This document shows positions 1-11,788 of a stretch of DNA of 64,000 bases, in pieces. Source of the stretch: Tubiluchus corallicola (Eukaryota; Animalia; Priapulida); contig JAQGDQ010000068.1 of the NCBI GenBank assembly GCA_030141605.1, positions 372,001-436,000 of the forward strand, in the 5' to 3' direction. Under the pieces are notes generated by a model that saw only the letters and a list, made by a program, of their open reading frames with translations, ran no database searches and was not told the origin of the DNA. Positions within the stretch are counted from its first letter, which is position 1. Each line of letters begins with the position of its first letter. Position numbers and translations under genes: made by a program.

Positions 1-98
1 TGTTATGTCTGGAAGATGTAACAAATAAAATTTCAATGAATGAAATAAGTTTTAAATCCTGCTAAAGTTTCCAAAAATGTTTTAATTCGTTTTGACAG

Positions 99-1648
99 GT
101 GATGTAAAGGTTACATCAGAAAATGTCGAGCTTCTTTTACCTGCTGCTGATCAATTTCACGTCTTGCCTCTCGTCAAAATGTGCAGTTCATTTCTCAAAT
201 CTCAACTTCGCATCGAAAACTGCATCGGTATCTACAAGTTCGCAAAACACTTTTTCTGCCCACGGTTAGCTGAAGCCGCACTCAGATTTATCCAGAGAAA
301 CTTCATCCCAGTTTCTATCAAAAGTGTAGAGTGGCTTCAATTGTCACTGGAGGAGTTACAAACTCTTCTGGACAGTGATGACGTGAACGCGAAGAGCGAA
401 GAAAGCGTTTTCGAAGCAATAACGAGGTGGATTGATTATTTGCCAGACAAGAGGAGTGCCGAAATGTCAAAACTTTTGTTAAAGATTCGATTTGGGCTTC
501 TACCCCGCACTTATCTAGAAGATGCGATAATGAGCAATGGCTACACCCAAGCAGCCGTTTGCCAAGAATTTTTAACTACTGTTATGTCCTTACTTGACGA
601 GCTTGATGATACCGATTTGACAGATCTTGATATGAACCAGGGACTATTCCGTCCCAGGGTGCCACATGATATATTATTCGCGATAGGTGGTTGGAGTGCT
701 GGCAGTCCAACTAACTTCATTGAAACATATGATTGCCGTGCAGACAAGTGGTATTTGACAATGGCAACAGATAGAACGCCAAGAGCTTATCACGGAACTG
801 CCGTTGTTTGTAATAAAATTTATGTAATTGGTGGATTTGATGGGACTGACTACTTCAACAGTGTTAGATGTTTTGACCCAGATGACCAAAGTTGGAGCGA
901 AGTAGCGCCCATGTATACTCAGCGTTGTTACATCTCAGTGACAGTACTAGACGGAATGATTTACGCCATGGGTGGTTATGATGGTAGATTTCGTCTGAAC
1001 ACTGCAGAAAAATACGACCCAGAACGAAACCAATGGACGATCATAGCGCCAATGGCACGACAGAGGAGCGATGCTAGCGCCACAACTTTAAATAAAAAAG
1101 TATACATTGTTGGAGGCTTCGATGGTCACGAGGTGACAAATACTTGTGAAACGTACGACCCAGAAACAAACCAATGGACGCTAATCCGTAACATGCTCAG
1201 TCGGAGAAGTGGAGTGAGCTGCACCACTTTTATGGGCTGCATTTATAGCTTGGGCGGTTTTAATGGGATGACTAGGCTGAGCTCTGGAGAGAAGTATGAT
1301 CCAAGAACTGGGGAGTGGACCGAGGTAATGGACATGTATAGTCCACGCAGCAACTTTGGCATTGGAGTGGTGGACAATATGATCTATGTGGTTGGCGGTT
1401 TCAATGGCTCAACAACTGTTCCATATGTGGAGTGCTTTGATGGAGAGGATTGGTTTGATGCCACAGGAATGAACTTGAACAGAAGTGCCCTCAGCGTATG
1501 CGTAGTTAGCGGGCTTAAACGTAGCAAAGATTATTCTTATCACGGACACAGAATGCAAGCCAAAGGTGAAACCAACGAAGCTGAAGAAGATGCCGAGCAA
1601 CAAAATGACAACGAGGCTCAGCAAGCCAATGATATGGATGTATCATAG
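99..1648 (+). CDS. KLHL10: Kelch-like protein 10, final coding exon (end of BTB, BACK domain, six kelch repeats, acidic tail); 5' exon(s) lie upstream of the window
   Basis: Acceptor ttttgacAG at 97-98 (phase 1, G|GT GAT) with an in-frame TAA at 83-85, so the ORF-track start is intronic. The translation has the BACK signature (ENCIGI...EESVFEAITRW) and kelch repeats that match KLHL10 (RPRVPHDILFAIGGWSAGSPTNFIETYD, PRAYHG, RCYISV, RSDASATTL, PRSNFG, RSALSVCVV). Confidence 0.93.
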
Positions 1649-2325
1649 ATGTTGCCCATGTTTAGAATGTCACAATTTAAAAATGAGTGCCGTTATTATT
1701 TCTTGGCAAGTGTGGCGTAGTTAACTGCCATATGACCACCAATCAGAATAGTAATAGTAATGTAATTCAGAGATTCAGGATTTACGTCTGGAATAATCAC
1801 AGGAGAAAATGCAGCGTTGTACGCGTTTGAAGTGCCATTAAATTTCAAATTTGAAAGAGTAACGCTCCTACACAAAAAAGATCTGTGTTTACATGCATTA
1901 CTTTCTGGAAAAAACATCAACATGTAAAGCTGACCAGTAACTGTTAGATAAAATCAGGAAGGTGTGGCTAAATTTTCAAATTTGGTTAAATGTATGAGTA
2001 GAGACAATGATCCTGAATCCATAATAATTTTATTCATTCTAGTCATTCTTTGTAGTCGTTTTACCTTAACTGACTGTAGTTATTTACCTCGTGTTAGCTT
2101 ATAATAGTGCTGGTGTTGCCGTAGAGGGTGCGAACGCTCTTGCATTTTTAACTTGACTTTATTAACGCACCTTCATATAATAGTACTTTCATCAAAGCAA
2201 TTAAAATTCGTATCACACTAACGCTTTTGTCAATTTCCATTACTTTTTAATCGAGTGTTCTAAGGGAAACTTAAAAAAAATTACGTTGTATTATTTATCC
2301 TATGTTATGCTTGTATTACATAGCG

Positions 2326-3180
2326 CAGTGGTTCCCAAACTTTCTCGGACCGTTACCCAAATCGGGAAACCCGGTCGTGTCCATTACCCCCCACCTAGTA
2401 CTACTTCTCCAACTCAAAAAGTAAACACATGTATATGCCACAAGCAAGCAAAATTATTTATGTTTGCTCGTGACATAAATAAATTTCCAGGTGTTGTTGT
2501 TGTATTGTTGCCAAAACAAGAATTACAATTACTGAACCTGCTCATTACTGAGTGAGCAGGTTCGTTCGAATAATTATTACTCGAACAAACGAAAACAAGA
2601 AGAAATGAATGACAACAACAAAATTTCAGTTAGTGGGACGGATGAGCCTGTTTTTCGGATGCCAGTTTCTCAATCCTGGGTTTCGTCAGGCTCAAAGCAA
2701 CGCGTGCATCGCTTTCCACGTCCAACCTATTTCTTTTCTTTGTTTTCATGTTCATTATGGACGAAAAACCTTGTTCACACATTCACAGCACCTTTCTGGG
2801 AAAAGAAACAAGAGAGACTCAAATTAGGCAAGTAATATTTTACTTTTCCTTAGTATCAAAGAGATAGAGAGATAGTAAAAGGGCCTAGCTGTCTCTAAAC
2901 TCTAAACGCTGTGCAGAAATGTCGATAGAGAAGAAACCAAAGAAACAATCGTGAACTTTGACTTCTCCCCAGGATCGCACCAGAGATCGTGGAAACGTGC
3001 GAATGATGGACCCCATGACACAGTGTTGCCTGCCGGAGGCAGTCTCTTCAAGAAGAAAACTACGTAAAATGCATTCCGAGCGAAGTTTTAAAAATTTTCA
3101 GAGGGGTGCCCGTTACCCCCCCCCAAAAAAAAAACCATATTACCCCCGGGGGTAATTTACCCCTACTTTGGGAACCACTG
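2326..3180 (-). mobile_element. Non-autonomous hAT transposon (Buster/Charlie family), internal deletion derivative, 855 bp
   Basis: 14-bp perfect TIR CAGTGGTTCCCAAA (2326-2339, complement ending at 3180). Perfect 8-bp TSD ACATAGCG (2318-2325 and 3181-3188) with the central TA typical of Buster/Charlie targets. Retains the transposase C-terminus on the minus strand. Confidence 0.93.
2630..2782 (-). pseudogene. C-terminal 50 codons of a Buster/Charlie (ZBED5/SCAND3-like) hAT transposase inside the element
   Basis: Minus-strand translation MCEQGFSSIMNMKTKKRNRLDVESDARVALSLTKPRIEKLASEKQAHPSH* matches the hallmark CExGFS...KTKxRNRL...RVALS...PRI..L...KQ...SH* ending of this family. Confidence 0.88.
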
Positions 3181-4917
3181 ACATAGCGAAAACACTATAT
3201 GAGAAATTTTATAATTCACAGCTTTTATCACAAAACTTATGAATATTTTGTCTCTGTAACATAAAAATTTGCTTTTTGCACTAAACAGAGCAGATTTCGG
3301 CGATTATAAGCGATTATATATTAGAAACAGTAATGTTTGCTAACTTGTTTATTAATAACTATCTTGACCTTTCTGGTCAGATTGACCGAATCACCACCTA
3401 ACAGCTGGTTAAGTGAGTGATTGACAATATGTAAATATAAACACAATAAAAAAACGCGAAGACAAAACAAAGAAAACGTCGAAAAAATTGAAGTGGAAAA
3501 TGAATGAAGAAAAGCGACAAAAGAAGCACAGAGCAACAAAGAAAAAGAATCTCGGGCTTATCACAGTGGGCAACGAAGTGGGTGAGAATAATTAGGATAT
3601 TGCCGAAAATGGTAACCGGAAGAGACATCATAATTAAATAGGCCTACAAGCTGATATCAGTATAGTTGTTTTTGTTTTGATTTTTGACATTTAAAAGACT
3701 AGTAGTATAATTGAATCACTGTCAGGTGATTATAATAGCCATCTGACAGTAATTCAGTTATGCCACTAGTTTTCTGATTTTGTTGTTGTTGTTGTTGTGG
3801 ACTGATGAGTTTGCAAAAATTTCGGAATCTGACATATAATGTCAAAGTTATGTTACTACAATAGTTAATCAATATATTTTATATATACTGCCAACAGAAC
3901 ATTATGTACTAAATGTGTGTACTTGAAAAAGGCGGCTTTAATTTCGTTTCTTAGTAAAATGTAACCGGAAGTGGTTCTGGCAGTGTGTTTCCCTTTGAAG
4001 ACATCTATGATTTATATTTGAATTTTGCCCCGACAGCTATATATGAAACTGACGCCCGTGATGATAATGATGAAGGATGATGATGATGATGACGATGATG
4101 ATGACGATGATGATAATGGTGAGAAGGAGGAGAAGGAGAAGGAGCAAAAGGATGAAGATGATGATGATAATAATCCTCTCAAAACCATATCACAAGTTTA
4201 TGTGATTTTTTACATTAGATATACGATATTTCAGTAAGTATTTACTAATTTCTTACATTTGTCATAATATTTTCACTGTTTGCGTGTAGACCCACGATTT
4301 CTATCGAACTGCTGGAAAAGACGCAGCTTTTATCTAAAGAGTGAACGGTTATTGTTCACAACTCAAAATTCAAATTTTAAAAAAGGTAGATGATTTTGAC
4401 TTTTACTAGGCAACAAAATCGGCAATAGAAAGTTGCTGATGTATATACATACAAGCGGACGTGAAGTAGACATATACCTTTCTTTTTACATTTCTGCTAC
4501 AACAGAATAATTGCATTTTAACTGTTATCAAATTTATCAAGCTTTCAAATTTTGGATCCCCTCAGTGCCTTTGTCATATTTCTTCATTGATTGGTTATAA
4601 CTGTCTTCTGCCAAAAATCCGATGACCCCGTTTTAAGGCCGACCGGTGCACTAAGTCAATGCACTCATTACAGAGTCGTGCAAACTTGTATTGCCTCCAG
4701 GTATTGTCACTGAGTAACTCTACGGACCACGCAAGGCATCTTGCAGAATCAGAAGAGCGTTGCAACATTGACGAAATGTAAGACACAAATCAGTTAATTA
4801 GTTGATAACGAAAATCGAAATATAAGAAGTAGTACGCCATGACATGTCAACACGGTGTAAATAGTATCTCGTGCGAGTGTAGTGCGCGGCGTGAGCGTTC
4901 CCAGAACATGGACCAGT

Positions 4918-5277
4918 ATGCGTTCACTTTTTCTAGTTTTACTCGTATTGTGTGAAATTAAGCTGCGAAAAAACGGTGTGATATCTCAAACAGAGACCAC
5001 GACCGCGACAACGGAAGCTGATGGTGGTGGTGACTCTGGAACTACTGTCGCGCCAAACGACTCCAAAGAAGACCACGACTCTCATGGCGGGTGTGCAAAA
5101 GCCAGAACACAGAAAGAAATTTGTGCAAAATATGAGTTCACAGAAGAAGATGAAGAGTATCTGGACGAATTACTCGACTTGGACACAATGGACTTGTTGC
5201 AAACTGCGAAGAAGCAGTTGTTAAGGTGTCCAAATTACAAAAATCTGCATCAGATTTTTTACGTTTTAGATAGACTG
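4918..5277 (+). CDS. Probable first coding exon of a secreted protein (signal peptide, Thr/acidic segment, Cys-containing helical region); likely the 5' exon of the downstream FReD gene
   Basis: ATG at 4918 starts MRSLFLVLLVLCEIKL (hydrophobic signal-like). 120 open codons with protein-like composition. Phase-0 donor CTG|GTGAGC at 5277/5278. Confidence 0.65.
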
Positions 5278-5628
5278 GTGAGCAATGTTTCTATTATTTA
5301 TAACCGATTTTAAATTTTTTCGTCAAGTCTATCGTATTATCGGAGCAAGGATTATCTATTCTTGTGTTCCATTTTCCTCGAAAACCGTTTTCAAAAAGTG
5401 TCACGCCAATGACAAAAGAAATTTCTGCTGTATTTCATACAATATGACCTGGCACCAATGTAATTTCTTTAGCAATAAAGCCAACCATGGACTCACATAC
5501 CAACGTAAACGCAGCCCTAAAATTTGAAATTGATGTTCCAAACTTTAGAAGTTCTTATTTGTGTCAACTACGCAGAGAATGTGATCTACAGAGAACAATT
5601 TCGTAAACCTGCAATGCGCTTTATGCAG

Positions 5629-5805
5629 GTTAAAAAGCGTGTTTTAGAACAGTTTATGTTGCGTCTACGCGACTACGTGCTGTTAAATTATAGGAAACCT
5701 GAATTATTATCAAAAGAACGCACCGCAGAGATTGTGATAGCCTCGCTGATGGCTATTCCTGAGACAGTTTATGTTCAGTTTCTTATTAAAGCGTCTGCAA
5801 GATAA
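5629..5805 (+). CDS. Putative second exon (VKKRVLEQFMLRLRDYV...KASAR*), terminal or internal
   Basis: Acceptor gctttatgcAG|GT at 5627-5628 is phase 0, matching the 5277 donor. The frame is open to TAA at 5803-5805. Joined product is 178 aa. Confidence 0.5.
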   Translation, partial: VKKRVLEQFMLRLRDYVLLNYRKPELLSKERTAEIVIASLMAIPETVYVQFLIKASAR

Positions 5806-6999
5806 CCTTACTTCCAAGTTAAGCATTAAGCAGAGTTTAGGTGACAGAAGTATAGAGAAAGAATGGGGTAAAGAAACAGAGAATAATAATTTTTATAGTT
5901 TTAAACAGCAATTTTGCACATTTCTTGTTCGTTAATTAATTAAAGGTTATAATTAATCATGATTAATTATAACCTAGAATAGCAGCTAGTGAACAGTGCC
6001 AGTACTGTGATATAATACCTTAATCGCTGCTTTAAGTTTAAATTGGAAGCCCTATAATGGAAACGAGAATTATTTACATGTATACAAGCTTAAATGACTA
6101 TCCACTTTTTAGTGTTGTATTTGACAAATGTGAAGTCTCTCTATTTTTTTGCTAGCTGGCCATCTTTTTTATTTAGCCAAAAACGTGCTTTTTTAGTTGC
6201 AGTAGTGGAATTTTTATGGTAACTAACCCACTCATGGGAAGAGCCATTTGCCTTTGACACTCTACAAAGCAGTGAATATTGTATATATATATATATATTG
6301 GTAATATTGGTATTATAGATTTATTATGGAATGCTTTTTGCTGAGTCTTTCTTTAAAAATGCTAATGCTGGTATACATTTTAATTCGCCAAGCTATGTTC
6401 ATAATTATAAAGCTTTCCAACTTCCATTTTAAGAATACTTTCTATCCTATATTATGTTGTCAAAATAACCAGACGCAACCAACCAAAATAATCTGCTGAC
6501 TTTCTTTAAAGCTGGTTAAATATTTTGATTCTCTTAGTCGTTTATAATTTCAATTTCACACTTCAGTCTTAAAAAACTAAAAACGTGACTATTCAGTTTT
6601 AAAACTGATAAAGGATCAGCGTTTACAATGTAATAAGTTTGTGAAATCCCGTGTAACTTTCAAAAAGTTGAAATCTAGCAAATGCTCGCAAGTATTAAGT
6701 CAACAGTGGATGTTTGTTAAGCCATGCACACACTAGATGAACTGGTTACGCTAATGAAACTTGAGATAATGCACTTTATTGGTCTTTCAATCCAGTTTAT
6801 GTCATATAAGTTTTCGTGATTCGCTATATAATCGTCTTGACGTTACAAATCTACTTTCATGCCTTAGCGAGCTGAGCAAATTTTTTTGTCATATAAACGG
6901 TATTAATAAACACACGTGGTTAAAATAAAATACTTTTCATATCACATCATCTAGCTGCGCTTTAAAAGGATTTATTACATTTTCCGTGAATTTTATTTT

Positions 7000-7165
7000 C
7001 TGGGAAATGACCGGTCATGAAAAAAAATTCTGCAAAATGGCAATTCTGTGAAAAATCTTACTTGGAATTTTTTTCTAGGAAGCAAATTTTTCTGACAAAG
7101 AGTCTTCTATGAAGTTTTTTGATAGGAAAAAGTTTTCTGGCAAAAAACTCTTCTGTGGAAACGAG
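7000..7165. repeat. Degenerate ~15-bp tandem array (GGAAAxxTTTTCT-like), probably a transposon subterminal array
   Basis: Periodic alternating A-run/T-run units, e.g. ggaattttttt ctaggaagcaaatttttctgacaaag. Confidence 0.35.
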
Positions 7166-7443
7166 TCTACCCCATTTTCATTATTGCACTAAGTTATCTA
7201 AACCATATCTCAACATACGGCATGCCCATTCGTTTGATCTTCTGCTTGCTACCTAACTGTCGACATTGCTGGTTGACTGATTAACTGGCTGATCAGCTGG
7301 CTGTCTGGCTGGTTAATTCATCGACTGCTAGCCGGTAAACTTATTTGGTTATAAGAGATTGGAAATGGGATGTGTCCTGGAAATTATAACAAAGGTGCAC
7401 TATTCACTAACTATCAAGAAGTACTCAGAGATTTTTTGGTCAG

Positions 7444-7642
7444 TTTTTCAGATATAGAGCTCAAAGCTTTTATAAGTATATACTCATCGAAGGAAGCTGT
7501 GATCATTACCGCGGGTGTAAGTACAAACGAGGGAACCGTCAGGGATTTTTCCGAGGACCCGATATTTCCTTATTTATTGACGACTTCGAAGAAAATCCGG
7601 ATTTACTGGATGATGAAGATGAACAGAGGAATGCTATTCGAG
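7444..7642 (+). CDS. Putative internal exon linking the signal-peptide exon to the FReD domain (FFRYRAQSFYKYILIEGSCDHYRGCKYK...DDFEENPDLLDDEDEQRNAIR)
   Basis: Branch-like CACTAAC at 7405-7411. Acceptor ttttttggtcAG (7442-7443, phase 0). Open frame not listed in the ORF track. Phase-1 donor CGA G|GTAGGC at 7642 matches the phase-1 acceptor at 13368. Exact boundaries are uncertain (alternative acceptors near 7428 and 7451, alternative donor GTAAGT at 7517). Confidence 0.45.
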
Positions 7643-8114
7643 GTAGGCGTACAAAAATAGCTTCTAATAGTCCCATATACGATAACGTACCAGGTACCTA
7701 TGTGTAGATCTTAGTGCTGATTATTTACAACTGACATTTAGGAGCCCCGGCTGCTTGACGACAGTGATTCCATTTTGGCCAAAGTACGTTGACGTTAATA
7801 ATAATAATTTATAACAATAACTCTAGTTTTGGGGGTAAGGTTAGCTTTAAAGGACCGGCGGCCTTCATTTGAAGCCAAAGAGCATCATCATTGCCCTAGA
7901 CGGAGCGAAGGTTGCAGTTGTTGAACATTCTTTACTTTATTTTAGCTTTCCAAGTTAATTTGATACCGCGCAGACACGCAATTTTCAATTGCACAACTAA
8001 AACTTTCACAACTGTAACGGGCTCGTGAACATTTTAAATTGTGCACCTGGCGGTATGGAGTTTGAAGACGTTGCATGCATTTGTGTATTATTAATTCACA
8101 AAAAGACAAAAGGA

Positions 8115-8330
8115 CAGCGGAAGTATTAGACCCAACCAGCACTTAGCCAGCGATTATTGAAAGGGCAATTTTACAAGTTCTGTGACGACTTACGCGCCCT
8201 TTAGGGTAAATTATTTAGTTATTATCGAATGAGTCCAAACAGTTTTGATGAACTGTTGAGTTCTATTGGACCATTCATCATCTATAGGAACACTAACTGG
8301 GGAAAAACCGTTCCCCCAGAGGAGGGACTC
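8115..8330 (+). pseudogene. PIF/Harbinger transposase N-terminal fragment with stops
   Basis: QRKY*TQPALSQRLLKGQFYKFCDDLRAL*GKLFSYYRMSPNSFDELLSSIGPFIIYRNTNWGKTVPPEEGL resembles the Harbinger (HARBI1/ALP1-like) pattern W..P...R...G.F..L..EL...F..Y.RMS...FD.LL..I.P.I....T..R..I.PE.RL. Confidence 0.7.
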
Positions 8331-11084
8331 GGCGACTTTAAGGTACCGTACTACATCATTGTTAAGCCTATGTTGATATTAAATTATTTTTTTGTGAGTT
8401 TTCACAGTCGTTTTAACTAGTTTTGTCTGTGCAAAAATCTAAACTTGCATGTTAACTGTAATTGGGCAGACTTTATCTTGCGTACAAAAACTGCATAAAG
8501 ATGATCAATGGAATAACGAATGAAATAAATTAGTTTATAAATAACGAATGAAATAAATTACTTATACTTTTTGTAATTTTTATATACCTGTTACAATGCA
8601 AAAAACGAAGAAAACTGCTCATTTAAGAAACACTCGAAATCCAAATGTAATTGCTACGGAATGATACAAGTTAATATGAAATGGTTTAATAAACAATACT
8701 GTATGCACTTTACACAATTTAAAAGTATTTAAATTCATATATTTCTGATGCATGGGAAGGCGTAAATCTTCTGTACTTAAAACAACGTACATGATCTGTG
8801 TGTTAAGAAGACATCGTTGGGAACTAAAGAACGTCCTGGGGTCTAATTATTAATTTACAAGTAATTTACTTAAGTTTCAAAACAGAAGAAATACGACCTC
8901 AATTAAACAGTCCGGATAGTCTTATTAAGTATTCTGTACAAATAATCAAAAACAGAATTAAATACAAATGAAATATCTTGATGTCATAAGTCGAAATGAA
9001 ATAAATGATTCTGATGATTTATTTACAAACCCGACCAGAGAGAAATGACAATAATTCATGTACGTAAAAAGTGTATAATCCGTGAAGTTACGTTATGTAA
9101 CACAGATACAGGTCAGACAGGACTTTGAATGTTGTCTTAACTATGAACAAACTAGTCATTTTATGGTTGTAAGGTTAACAGCTAGTTTGTTAAAAGATTT
9201 GCTATTGTCTTAGTTTTCTATTGAATTACTTGAACACACTGACGAATTTTCCTTGCAAAGTAGCAGCACAAAATAATTGATTAAAAACATGTTAAAAAGT
9301 ATGTATAGGTTAGTTTGGATACCTATAATATTGTATCAAAAAAACTCTTAGTTAGAGAAACTGTTAATACTGCTACCAAATCATTAGGAGGTAATAATGA
9401 TTATTAGTGGGCATTTAGACATTGCTGTGCACCTTTATCAAGAACATTTGAAAACGCTACAAGCACAAAACGCCTAATGTATAGTGTTATGTTGAAACTA
9501 ACGCTAATGGTAATAACATACTTTAGCTAATGTACTATTTTGCAGAAATTATGCACTTTTACTTCAGGAAGTCACCTCAAGGTGATGATGCGTTGATGTA
9601 CAGTCCAAATAGATACGTGTTTAACCTAGATAATAGATCCACATTAATTCCACATGAAAGTCATTACACCAAATGTAATTTTCACTTAAGATACATGTAA
9701 TAATGTTACACATTTTATAAATCTGCTCGTAACTTGAATGAAACATACGGAACTCTTAATTATTATCTCGTTTCGGGTGAAAAGGATGCATTGTGATGGT
9801 ACTGTGTTAGTGTTAAAACAAAACCTTTTTAGATTCCGCAGTATGTATTTTGATCGCACTCGGTTCCAACTAGCAAGATCGACAGTTTTCCTGATCAATC
9901 CACGATCAGTGATTTATTATCTGTTTACTAAAAACGCCAAAAATTGAAATGTTTTCAATCAGCCTAAAAATAAATGTGTAACTACTTGTCAAGTTTTGAT
10001 AATGTAAATGAAGGACATACGGGAGAAATTTTTGCATACTAAGATGTTGGGTTCACATTTCCTCACAAAACAGTATTACCGCCCACTTTTTACTTGGTAT
10101 CTAAAAACAAGCTAACCTAAAAACAAACTAAACTATGATGACAGTCAAAACACAAATAGCTGCAACCATGATATCCCTATAGGATGTATAGCAATTGCAG
10201 GTTGAGAATCAACATTCAATAAGTTTCATAATTTTGCAAGCAGCAAGCCGCCTAATTCAGCTCCATTTATTTACTTCAAAGGTTTGTGTGCAGCAAATGC
10301 GTCACACCGGCAAACTGGTTTAACTTCTCGGCCGCAAAAAACTGAAAGTCTACTTAATTCTGTGCGAGGCATCATTGATTGCTTTTCAACGAACTTCATT
10401 TGACGTTTTTATGATGTCATTTCTCACGCTTTTCTCTATTTAACCTCATGGACTTAAAATCGCAAATTGCTTAACGGTGACAAAAAGGTTTACCATTTTG
10501 TACGAATGAAATGACAATGATGATGACGACGATGATGATGATGATGACGACGACGACGATGATGATGATGATAGTAACGAATGTCGTCGGGAAAACATCT
10601 TGAAATTTAAAGGCTTAGCTAAAATATGACTACTGACGTTTGAATAGGATAATTGCTGCTTTCGCCCAGGGAGTAAAGTGAGTTATAATCGTGCCGTAAT
10701 CTGACAGACGCATTGTATTTTAACAATTTCATCCATTTCTCACATGTTGAAGTGAAGCAGAAAATTTCAACAACAATGTAATCAAGGTTCGCCATCTATA
10801 CAATTTTTCCTTTGACCTAACCTGCTACTAATTTCTCAGTCGTTCTGTGCTGTAAGCTTAACAGACCTTTCTATTTCAAACTTTCACTAAAGAAATTCAG
10901 GTAACGAAAGAAAGTAAAAGAAACTAAGAAGGCGCACAAATCAGGTAAATTGCAGGAACATAGTACCTGGAAAAGAACAAAGCACGAGAAAAATTCGTAC
11001 ACTAACATTTAGCATAATTATTCGAAAGTTGTTTAGGATTATGGCTTTTCAATTTATTAAGGACTAGTTACATCTATATAACTT

Positions 11085-11140
<56 letters not shown>

Positions 11141-11788
11141 GGGGAGAGTGTGACAGAGAGAGAGAGAGAAATAGATACAGAAAGAAAGAGACAGAGACAG
11201 AGAGAAAGAAGGAGAAAGTATGACAAAGAGAGAGAGAGAGAGATTTTAAAAACTCGTACAGTTCTTTTGATCTTCATGTTTACTTTTCCTTCTGTCTTAA
11301 TTCAGTGGGAATGAATGCATACGCAAATAAAAACAATACAGAGACAGAGACAGAGGCAGATATAAATATAGACACACACACAGGCACTGATACAGATACA
11401 GATACACACTTCTTATTCAACAAAGTCCACAACATTAAAATTACAGTACAAGGAAGTAAATAGTATTTGTATCTGTAAATATATGTAATATGTTTTTATT
11501 CATTTAAGCAATTTTTAACAGATCTATCGAGTCCTTTTACGACTAATGACAAAGTGCAAGTTTAAGAGCTACCTGACAACCTTAAATTCTAGCAAAATCA
11601 CTAACTACGAGGTCTGGTTTATCATTTGTGACGTATTTCATCACGTGCTGTTTAAACGCAGACTGTCTTTTCATCAGACTCATAATTACCTTTATTTTGA
11701 TGAATCTTGTCTGGTTTTTCTGTAAACATATTGCAGAACTTTACTGTTCTAAAATGTCTAGGGAATTGTGACATAAATTATTTCATCG
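11085..11788. mobile_element. (GA)n-anchored interspersed repeat, copy A
   Basis: Near-identical over about 680 bp to 31790-32541, including the compound microsatellite pattern. More diverged copy at 15981-16393. Confidence 0.85.

Noticed and set aside
92-98. TTG start for the kelch ORF
   Set aside because: It lies in the intron acceptor; the BTB domain is incomplete and eukaryotic splicing explains the boundary.
541-1624. Minus-strand ORFs within KLHL10, and similar shadow ORFs within the GPCR and RTE
   Set aside because: Short antisense or alternative-frame shadows of real coding sequence with no recognisable motifs.
3612-3975. Two GTAACCGGAAG ETS-like motifs as a promoter
   Set aside because: Short motifs about 1 kb from the nearest ATG; not distinguishable from chance without TSS data.
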